Shown: in pieces, positions 26,521-38,100 of the stretch
How the letters are laid out: every line of letters begins with the position of its first letter
How positions within the stretch are numbered: the stretch's first letter is position 1
NCBI GenBank assembly: GCA_964057225.1
Contig: OZ059900.1
Span: forward strand, 21,204,001 to 21,268,000
Length of the DNA: 64,000 nucleotides
DNA from: Auanema rhodensis
Lineage: Eukaryota > Animalia > Nematoda
Direction: 5' to 3'
The notes under the pieces: model-generated
What the model was told of the DNA's origin: nothing
Databases searched by the model: none
What the model saw: the letters and a program-made list of their open reading frames with translations, nothing else
Position numbers and translations under genes: made by a program

Positions 26521-28937
26521 TATTAGCCATAAGGGGCGTGCCCTCAGAATATGCTAATTTCCTTAATTTTCTAACCCCTGTTTTTTTGTCGTGAAAGTGG
26601 AACTAGACGTTGTACGAACAATTTTGAGCTAGGTTTCATTGACATTGCATGAGTTTGAACACATGAAATCGTAAGTCAAAACCTTGTTTACAGCGAAATT
26701 TCCAAAAACTGGTTTTCCAGCATAATAAAATATTTCTCATGGGAAATACTGTGTTTTTGTATTTTTCTAGTGTTCAGCATGTAAAATGCTTCATTTTAGT
26801 ATGTAACACGCTGAAATTCGTTGCATTTGACGACTCATATGAACAAAAATCGATTTAATCAATATTAGCCATAAGGGGCGTGCCCTCAGAATATGCTAAT
26901 TTCCTTAATTTTCTAACCCCTGTTTTTTTGTCGTGAAAGTGGGACTAGACGTTGTACGAACAATTTTGAGCTAGGTTTCATTGACATTGCATGAGTTTGA
27001 ACACATGAAATCGTAAGTCAAAACCTTGTTTACAGCGAAATTTCCAAAAACTGGTTTTCCAGCATAATAAAATATTTCTCATGGGAAATACTGTGTTTTT
27101 GTATTTTTCTAGTGTTCAGCATGTAAAATGCTTCATTTTAGTATGTAACACGCTGAAATTCGTTGCATTTGACGACTCATATGAACAAAAATCGATTTAA
27201 TCAATATTAGCCATAAGGGGCGTGCCCTCAGAATATGCTAATTTCCTTAATTTTCTAACCCCTGTTTTTTTGTCGTGAAAGTGGAACTAGACGTTGTACG
27301 AACAATTTTGAGCTAGGTTTCATTGACATTGCATGAGTTTGAACACATGAAATCGTAAGTCAAAACCTTGTTTACAGCGAAATTTCCAAAAACTGGTTTT
27401 CCAGCATAATAAAATATTTCTCATGGGAAATACTGTGTTTTTGTATTTTTCTAGTGTTCAGCATGTGAAATGCTTCATTTTAGTATGTAACACGCTGAAA
27501 TTCGTTGCATTTGACGACTCATATGAACAAAAATCGATTTAATCAATATTAGCCATAAGGGGCGTGCCCTCAGAATATGCTAATTTCCTTAATTTTCTAA
27601 CCCCTGTTTTTTTGTCGTGAAAGTGGAACTAGACGTTGTACGAACAATTTTGAGCTAGGTTTCATTGACATTGCATGAGTTTGAACACATGAAATCGTAA
27701 GTCAAAACCTTGTTTACAGCGAAATTTCCAAAAACTGGTTTTCCAGCATAATAAAATATTTCTCATGGGAAATACTGTGTTTTTGTATTTTTCTAGTGTT
27801 CAGCATGTGAAATGCTTCATTTTAGTATGTAACACGCTGAAATTCGTTGCATTTGACGACTCATATGAACAAAAATCGATTTAATCAATATTAGCCATAA
27901 GGGGCGTGCCCTCAGAATATGCTAATTTCCTTAATTTTCTAACCCCTGTTTTTTTGTCGTGAAAGTGGAACTAGACGTTGTACGAACAATTTTGAGCTAG
28001 GTTTCATTGACATTGCATGAGTTTGAACACATGAAATCGTAAGTCAAAACCTTGTTTACAGCGAAATTTCCAAAAACTGGTTTTCCAGCATAATAAAATA
28101 TTTCTCATGGGAAATACTGTGTTTTTGTATTTTTCTAGTGTTCAGCATGTAAAATGCTTCATTTTAGTATGTAACACGCTGAAATTCGTTGCATTTGACG
28201 ACTCATATGAACAAAAATCGATTTAATCAATATTAGCCATAAGGGGCGTGCCCTCAGAATATGCTAATTTCCTTAATTTTCTAACCCCTGTTTTTTTGTC
28301 GTGAAAGTGGGACTAGACGTTGTACGAACAATTTTGAGCTAGGTTTCATTGACATTGCATGAGTTTGAACACATGAAATCGTAAGTCAAAACCTTGTTTA
28401 CAGCGAAATTTCCAAAAACTGGTTTTCCAGCATAATAAAATATTTCTCATGGGAAATACTGTGTTTTTGTATTTTTCTAGTGTTCAGCATGTAAAATGCT
28501 TCATTTTAGTATGTAACACGCTGAAATTCGTTGCATTTGACGACTCATATGAACAAAAATCGATTTAATCAATATTAGCCATAAGGGGCGTGCCCTCAGA
28601 ATATGCTAATTTCCTTAATTTTCTAACCCCTGTTTTTTTGTCGTGAAAGTGGAACTAGACGTTGTACGAACAATTTTGAGCTAGGTTTCATTGACATTGC
28701 ATGAGTTTGAACACATGAAATCGTAAGTCAAAACCTTGTTTACAGCGAAATTTCCAAAAACTGGTTTTCCAGCATAATAAAATATTTCTCATGGGAAATA
28801 CTGTGTTTTTGTATTTTTCTAGTGTTCAGCATGTAAAATGCTTCATTTTAGTATGTAACACGCTGAAATTCGTTGCATTTGACGACTCATATGAACAAAA
28901 ATCGATTTAATCAATATTAGCCATAAGGGGCGTGCCC
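26515..28937 (-). repeat. Same 342-bp satellite in inverted orientation (about 7.1 monomers), contiguous with the left array
   Basis: From 26515 the sequence reads AATCAATATTAGCCATAAGGGGCGTGCCCTCAGAATATG, the reverse complement of monomer position 99 downward. The 342-bp period continues to the N run. Confidence 0.99.
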
Positions 28938-29137
28938 NNNNNNNNNNNNNNNNNNNNNNNNNNNNNNNNNNNNNNNNNNNNNNNNNNNNNNNNNNNNNNN
29001 NNNNNNNNNNNNNNNNNNNNNNNNNNNNNNNNNNNNNNNNNNNNNNNNNNNNNNNNNNNNNNNNNNNNNNNNNNNNNNNNNNNNNNNNNNNNNNNNNNNN
29101 NNNNNNNNNNNNNNNNNNNNNNNNNNNNNNNNNNNNN
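28938..29137. other. Assembly/scaffolding gap (exactly 200 N)
   Basis: Run of 200 N. The round fixed length suggests a placeholder gap of unknown size. Confidence 0.98.
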
Positions 29138-32100
29138 CATAAGGGGCGTGCCCTCAGAATATGCTAATTTCCTTAATTTTCTAACCCCTGTTTTTTTGTC
29201 GTGAAAGTGGAACTAGACGTTGTACGAACAATTTTGAGCTAGGTTTCATTGACATTGCATGAGTTTGAACACATGAAATCGTAAGTCAAAACCTTGTTTA
29301 CAGCGAAATTTCCAAAAACTGGTTTTCCAGCATAATAAAATATTTCTCATGGGAAATACTGTGTTTTTGTATTTTTCTAGTGTTCAGCATGTAAAATGCT
29401 TCATTTTAGTATGTAACACGCTGAAATTCGTTGCATTTGACGACTCATATGAACAAAAATCGATTTAATCAATATTAGCCATAAGGGGCGTGCCCTCAGA
29501 ATATGCTAATTTCCTTAATTTTCTAACCCCTGTTTTTTTGTCGTGAAAGTGGAACTAGACGTTGTACGAACAATTTTGAGCTAGGTTTCATTAACATTGC
29601 ATGAGTTTGAACACATGAAATCGTAAGTCAAAACCTTGTTTACAGCGAAATTTCCAAAAACTGGTTTTCCAGCATAATAAAATATTTCTCATGGGTATTA
29701 CTGTGTTTTTGTATTTTTCTACTGTTCAGCATGTAAAATGCTTCATTTTAGTATGTAACACGCTGAAATTCGTTGCATTTGACGACTCATATGAACAAAA
29801 ATCGATTTAATCAATATTAGCCATAAGGGGCGTGCCCTCAGAATATGCTAATTTCCTTAATTTTCTAACCCCTGTTTTTTTGTCGTGAAAGTGGAACTAG
29901 ACGTTGTACGAACAATTTTGAGCTAGGTTTCATTGACATTGCATGAGTTTGAACACATGAAATCGTAAGTCAAAACCTTGTTTACAGCGAAATTTCCAAA
30001 AACTGGTTTTCCAGCATAATAAAATATTTCTCATGGGAAATACTGTGTTTTTGTATTTTTCTAGTGTTCAGCATGTAAAATGCTTCATTTTAGTATGTAA
30101 CACGCTGAAATTCGTTGCATTTGACGACTCATATGAACAAAAATCGATTTAATCAATATTAGCCATAAGGGGCGTGCCCTCAGAATATGCTAATTTCCTT
30201 AATTTTCTAACCCCTGTTTTTTAGTCGTGAAAGTGGAACTAGACGTTGTACGAACAATTTTGAGCTAGGTTTCATTGACATTGCATGAGTTTGAACACAT
30301 GAAATCGTAAGTCAAAACCTTGTTTACAGCGAAATTTCCAAAAACTGGTTTTCCAGCATAATAAAATATTTCTCATGGGAAATACTGTGTTTTTGTATTT
30401 TTCTAGTGTTCAGCATGTAAAATGCTTCATTTTAGTATGTAACACGCTGAAATTCGTTGCATTTGACGACTCATATGAACAAAAATCGATTTAATCAATA
30501 TTAGCCATAAAGGGCGTGCCCTCAGAATATGCTAATTTCCTTAATTTTCTAACCCCTGTTTTTTTGTCGTGAAAGTGGAACTAGACATTGTATTAACAAT
30601 TTTGAGCTAGGTTTCATTGACATTGCATGAGTTTGAACACATGAAATCGTAAGTCAAAACCTTGTTTACAGCGAAATATCCAAAAACTGGTTTTCCAGCA
30701 TAATAAAATATTTCTCATGGGAAATACTGTGTTTTTGTATTTTTCTAGTGTTCAGCATGTAAAATGCTTCATTTTAGTATGTAACACGCTGAAATTCGTT
30801 GCATTTGACGACTCATATGAACAAAAATCGATTTAATCAATATTAGCCATAAAGGGCGTGCCCTCAGAATATGCTAATTTCCTTAATTTTCTAACCCCTG
30901 TTTTTTTGTCGTGAAAGTGGAACTAGACATTGTATTAACAATTTTGAGCTAGGTTTCATTGACATTGCATGAGTTTGAACACATGAAATCGTAAGTCAAA
31001 TCCTTGTTTACAGCGAAATTTCCAAAAACTGGTTTTCCAGCATAATAAAATATTTCTCATGGGTATTACTGTGTTTTTGTATTTTTCTAGTGTTCAGCAT
31101 GTAAAATGCTTCATTTTAGTATGTAACACGCTGAAATTCGTTGCATTTGACGACTCATATGAACAAAAATCGATTTAATCAATATTAGCCATAAGGGGCG
31201 TGCCCTCAGAATATGCTAATTTCCTTAATTTTCTAACCCCTGTTTTTTTGTCGTGAAAGTGGAACTAGACGTTGTACGAACAATTTTGAGCTAGGTTTCA
31301 TTGACATTGCATGAGTTTGAACACATGAAATCGTAAGTCAAAACCTTGTTTACAGCGAAATTTCCAAAAACTGGTTTTCCAGCATAATAAAATATTTCTC
31401 ATGGGAAATACTGTGTTTTTGTATTTTTCTAGTGTTCAGCATGTAAAATGCTTCATTTTAGTATGTAACACGCTGAAATTCGTTGCATTTGACGACTCAT
31501 ATGAACAAAAATCGATTTAATCAATATTAGCCATAAGGGGCGTGCCCTCAGAATATGCTAATTTCCTTAATTTTCTAACCCCTGTTTTTTTTTAGTCGTG
31601 AAAGTGGAACCAGACGTTGTACGAACAATTTTGAGCTAGGTTTCATTGACATTGCATGAGTTTGAACACATGAAATCGTAAGTCAAAACCTTGTTTACAG
31701 CGAAATTTCCAAAAACTGGTTTTCCAGCATAATAAAATATTTCTCATGGGAAATACTGTGTTTTTGTATTTTTCTAGTGTTCAGCATGTGAAATGCTTCA
31801 TTTTAGTATGTAACACGCTGAAATTCGTTGCATTTGACGACTCATATGAACAAAAATCGATTTAATCAATATTAGCCATAAGGGGCGTGCCCTCAGAATA
31901 TGCTAATTTCCTTAATTTTCTAACCCCTGTTTTTTAGTAGTGAAAGTGGAACTAGACGTTGTACGAACAATTTTGAGCTAGGTTTCATTGACATTGCATG
32001 AGTTTGAACACATGAAATCGTAAGTCAAAACCTTGTTTACAGCGAAATTTCCAAAAACTGGTTTTCCAGCATAATAAAATATTTCTCATGGGAAATACTG

Positions 32101-35100
32101 TGTTTTTGTATTTTTCTAGTGTTCAGCATGTAAAATGCTTCATTTTAGTATGTAACACGCTGAAATTCGTTGCATTTGACGACTCATATGAACAAAAATC
32201 GATTTAATCAATATTAGCCATAAGGGGCGTGCCCTCAGAATATGCTAATTTCCTTAATTTTCTAACCCCTGTTTTTTTGTCGTGAAAGTGGAACTAGACG
32301 TTGTACGAACAATTTTGAGCTAGGTTTCATTGACATTGCATGAGTTTGAACACATGAAATCGTAAGTCAAAACCTTGTTTACAGCGAAATTTCCAAAAAC
32401 TGGTTTTCCAGCATAATAAAATATTTCTCATGGGAAATACTGTGTTTTTGTATTTTTCTAGTGTTCAGCATGTAAAATGCTTCATTTTAGTATGTAACAC
32501 GCTGAAATTCGTTGCATTTGACGACTCATATGAACAAAAATCGATTTAATCAATATTAGCCATAAGGGGCGTGCCCTCAGAATATGCTAATTTCCTTAAT
32601 TTTCTAACCCCTGTTTTTTTTTAGTCGTGAAAGTGGAACCAGACGTTGTACGAACAATTTTGAGCTAGGTTTCATTGACATTGCATGAGTTTGAACACAT
32701 GAAATCGTAAGTCAAAACCTTGTTTACAGCGAAATTTCCAAAAACTGGTTTTCCAGCATAATAAAATATTTCTCATGGGAAATACTGTGTTTTTGTATTT
32801 TTCTAGTGTTCAGCATGTGAAATGCTTCATTTTAGTATGTAACACGCTGAAATTCGTTGCATTTGACGACTCATATGAACAAAAATCGATTTAATCAATA
32901 TTAGCCATAAGGGGCGTGCCCTCAGAATATGCTAATTTCCTTAATTTTCTAACCCCTGTTTTTTAGTCGTGAAAGTGGAACTAGACGTTGTACGAACAAT
33001 TTTGAGCTAGGTTTCATTGACATTGCATGAGTTTGAACACATGAAATCGTAAGTCAAAACCTTGTTTACAGCGAAATTTCCAAAAACTGGTTTTCCAGCA
33101 TAATAAAATATTTCTCATGGGAAATACTGTGTTTTTGTATTTTTCTAGTGTTCAGCATGTAAAATGCTTCATTTTAGTATGTAACACGCTGAAATTCGTT
33201 GCATTTGACGACTCATATGAACAAAAATCGATTTAATCAATATTAGCCATAAAGGGCGTGCCCTCAGAATATGCTAATTTCCTTAATTTTCTAACCCCTG
33301 TTTTTTTGTCGTGAAAGTGGAACTAGACATTGTATTAACAATTTTGAGCTAGGTTTCATTGACATTGCATGAGTTTGAACACATGAAATCGTAAGTCAAA
33401 ACCTTGTTTACAGCGAAATTTCCAAAAACTGGTTTTCCAGCATAATAAAATATTTCTCATGGGTATTACTGTGTTTTTGTATTTTTCTAGTGTTCAGCAT
33501 GTAAAATGCTTCATTTTAGTATGTAACACGCTGAAATTCGTTGCATTTGACGACTCATATGAACAAAAATCGATTTAATCAATATTAGCCATAAGGGGCG
33601 TGCCCTCAGAATATGCTAATTTCCTTAATTTTCTAACCCCTGTTTTTTTGTCGTGAAAGTGGAACTAGACGTTGTACGAACAATTTTGAGCTAGGTTTCA
33701 TTGACATTGCATGAGTTTGAACACATGAAATCGTAAGTCAAAACCTTGTTTACAGCGAAATTTCCAAAAACTGGTTTTCCAGCATAATAAAATATTTCTC
33801 ATGGGAAATACTGTGTTTTTGTATTTTTCTAGTGTTCAGCATGTAAAATGCTTCATTTTAGTATGTAACACGCTGAAATTCGTTGCATTTGACGACTCAT
33901 ATGAACAAAAATCGATTTAATCAATATTAGCCATAAGGGGCGTGCCCTCAGAATATGCTAATTTCCTTAATTTTCTAACCCCTGTTTTTTTGTCGTGAAA
34001 GTGGAACCAGACGTTGTACGAACAATTTTGAGCTAGGTTTCATTGACATTGCATGAGTTTGAACACATGAAATCGTAAGTCAAAACCTTGTTTACAGCGA
34101 AATTTCCAAAAACTGGTTTTCCAGCATAATAAAATATTTCTCATGGGAAATACTGTGTTTTTGTATTTTTCTAGTGTTCAGCATGTAAAATGCTTCATTT
34201 TAGTATGTAACACGCTGAAATTCGTTGCATTTGACGACTCATATGAACAAAAATCGATTTAATCAATATTAGCCATAAAGGGCGTGCCCTCAGAATATGC
34301 TAATTTCCTTAATTTTCTAACCCCTGTTTTTTTGTCGTGAAAGTGGAACTAGACGTTGTAGGAACAATTTTGAGCTAGGTTTCATTGACATTGCATGAGT
34401 TTGAACACATGAAATCGTAAGTCAAAACCTTGTTTACAGCGAAATTTCCAAAAACTGGTTTTCCAGCATAATAAAATATTTCTCATGGGAAATACTGTGT
34501 TTTTGTATTTTTCTAGTGTTCAGCATGTAAAATGCTTCATTTTAGTATGTAACACGCTGAAATTCGTTGCATTTGACGACTCATATGAACAAAAATCGAT
34601 TTAATCAATATTAGCCATAAGGGGCGTGCCCTCAGAATATGCTAATTTCCTTAATTTTCTAACCCCTGTTTTTTTGTCGTGAAAGTGGAACTAGACGTTG
34701 TAGGAACAATTTTGAGCTAGGTTTCATTGACATTGCATGAGTTTGAACACATGAAATCGTAAGTCAAAACCTTGTTTACAGCGAAATTTCCAAAAACTGG
34801 TTTTCCAGCATAATAAAATATTTCTCATGGGAAATACTGTGTTTTTGTATTTTTCTAGTGTTCAGCATGTAAAATGCTTCATTTTAGTATGTAACACGCT
34901 GAAATTCGTTGCATTTGACGACTCATATGAACAAAAATCGATTTAATCAATATTAGCCATAAGGGGCGTGCCCTCAGAATATGCTAATTTCCTTAATTTT
35001 CTAACCCCTGTTTTTTTGTCGTGAAAGTGGAACCAGACGTTGTACGAACAATTTTGAGCTAGGTTTCATTGACATTGCATGAGTTTGAACACATGAAATC

Positions 35101-38100
35101 GTAAGTCAAAACCTTGTTTACAGCGAAATTTCCAAAAACTGGTTTTCCAGCATAATAAAATATTTCTCATGGGTATTACTGTGTTTTTGTATTTTTCTAG
35201 TGTTCAGCATGTGAAATGCTTCATTTTAGTATGTAACACGCTGAAATTCGTTGCATTTGACGACTCATATGAACAAAAATCGATTTAATCAATATTAGCC
35301 ATAAAGGGCGTGCCCTCAGAATATGCTAATTTCCTTAATTTTCTAACCCCTGTTTTTTTGTCGTGAAAGTGGAACTAGACGTTGTAGGAACAATTTTGAG
35401 CTAGGTTTCATTGACATTGCATGAGTTTGAACACATGAAATCGTAAGTCAAAACCTTGTTTACAGCGAAATTTCCAAAAACTGGTTTTCCAGCATAATAA
35501 AATATTTCTCATGGGAAATACTGTGTTTTTGTATTTTTCTAGTGTTCAGCATGTGAAATGCTTCATTTTAGTATGTAACACGCTGAAATTCGTTGCATTT
35601 GACGACTCATATGAACAAAAATCGATTTAATCAATATTAGCCATAAGGGGCGTGCCCTCAGAATATGCTAATTTCCTTAATTTTCTAACCCCTGTTTTTT
35701 TGTCGTGAAAGTGGAACTAGACGTTGTAGGAACAATTTTGAGCTAGGTTTCATTGACATTGCATGAGTTTGAACACATGAAATCGTAAGTCAAAACCTTG
35801 TTTACAGCGAAATTTCCAAAAACTGGTTTTCCAGCATAATAAAATATTTCTCATGGGAAATACTGTGTTTTTGTATTTTTCTAGTGTTCAGCATGTAAAA
35901 TGCTTCATTTCAGTATGTAACACGCTGAAATTCGTTGCATTTGACGACTCATATGAACAATAATCGATTTAATCAATATTAGCCATAAGGGGCGTGCCCT
36001 CAGAATATGCTAATTTCCTTAATTTTCTAACCCCGGTTTTTTTGTCGTGAAAGTGGAATTAGACGTTGTAGGAACAATTTTGAGCTAGGTTTCATTGACA
36101 TTGCATGAGTTTGAACACATGAAATCGTAAGTCAAAACCTTGTTTACAGCGAAATTTCCAAAAACTGGTTTTCCAGCATAATAAAATATTTCTCATGGGA
36201 AATACTGTGTTTTTGTATTTTTCTAGTGTTCAGCATGTAAAATGCTTCATTTTAGTATGTAACACGCTGAAATTCGTTGCATTTGACTACTCATATGAAC
36301 AAAAATCGATTTAATCAATATTAGCCATAAGGGGCGTGCCCTCAGAATATGCTAATTTCCTTAATTTTCTAACCCCTGTTTTTTTGTCGTGAAAGTGGAA
36401 CTAGACGTTGTACGAACAATTTTGAGCTAAGTTTCATTGACATTGCATGAGTTTGAACACATGAAATCGTAAGTCAAAACCTTGTTTACAGCGAAATTTC
36501 CAAAAACTGGTTTTCCAGCATAATAAAATATTTCTCATGGGAAATACTGTGTTTTTGTATTTTTCTAGTGTTCAGCATGTAAAATGCTTCATTTTAGTAT
36601 GTAACACGCTGAAATTCGTTGCATTTGACGACTCATATGAACAAAAATCGATTTAATCAATATTAGCCATAAGGGGCGTGCCCTCAGAATATGCTAATTT
36701 CCTTAATTTTCTAACCCCTGTTTTTTTGTCGTGAAAGTGGAACTAGACGTTGTACGAACAATTTTGAGCTAGGTTTCATTAACATTGCATGAGTTTGAAC
36801 ACATGAAATCGTAAGTCAAAACCTTGTTTACAGCGAAAATTCCAAAAACTGGTTTTCCAGCATAATAAAATATTTCTCATGGGAAATACTGTGTTTTTGT
36901 ATTTTTCTAGTGTTCAGCATGTAAAATGCTCCATTTTAGTTTGTAACACGCTGAAATTCGTTGCATTTGACGACTCATATGAACAAAAATCGATTTAATC
37001 AATATTAGCCATAAGGGGCGTGCCCTCAGAATATGCTAATTTCCTTAATTTTCTAACCCCTGTTTTTTTGTCGTGAAAGTGGAACTAGACGTTGTACGAA
37101 CAATTTTGAGCTAGGTTTCATTGACATTGCATGAGTTTGAACACATGAAATCGTAAGTCAAAACCTTGTTTACAGCGAAAATTCCAAAAACTGGTTTTCC
37201 AGCATAATAAAATATTTCTCATGGGAAATACTGTGTTTTTGTATTTTTCTAGTGTTCAGCATGTAAAATACTTCATTTTAGTATGTAACACGCTGAAATT
37301 CGTTGCATTTGACGACTCATATGAACAAAAATCGATTTAATCAATATTAGCCATAAGGGGCGTGCCCTCAGAATATGCTAATTTCCTAAATTTTCTAACC
37401 CCTGTTTTTTTGTCGTGAAAGTGGAACTAGACGTTGTACGAACAATTTTGAGCTAGGTTTCATTGACATTGCATGAGTTTGAACACATGAAATCGTAAGT
37501 CAAAACCTTGTTTACAGCGAAATTTCCAAAAACTGGTTTTCCAGCATAATAAAATATTTCTCATGGGAAATACTGTGTTTTTGTATTTTTCTAGTGTTCA
37601 GCATGTAAAATACTTCATTTTAGTATGTAACAGGCTGAAATTCGTTGCATTTGACGACTCATATGAACAAAAATCGATTTAATCAATATTAGCCATAAGG
37701 GGCGTGCCCTCAGAATATGCTAATTTCCTTAATTTTCTAACCCCTGTTTTTTTGTCGTGAAAGTGGAACTAGACGTTGTACGAACAATTTTGAGCTAGGT
37801 TTCATTGACATTGCATGAGTTTGAACACATGAAATCGTAAGTCAAAACCTTGTTTACAGCGAAAATTCCAAAAACTGGTTTTCCAGCATAATAAAATATT
37901 TCTCATGGGAAATACTGTGTTTTTGTATTTTTCTAGTGTTCAGCATGTAAAATGCTTCATTTTAGTATGTAACACGCTGAAATTCGTTGCATTTGACGAC
38001 TCATATGAACAAAAATCGATTTAATCAATATTAGCCATAAGGGGCGTGCCCTCAGAATATGCTAATTTCCTTAATTTTCTAACCCCTGTTTTTTTGTCGT

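Noticed and set aside
26505-26525. Transposon insertion or footprint at the inversion point
   Set aside because: Every base is explained by the two satellite orientations; there is no foreign sequence or target-site duplication.
28907-29204. Two ORFs made mostly of X residues
   Set aside because: Artefacts of translating through the 200-N gap.
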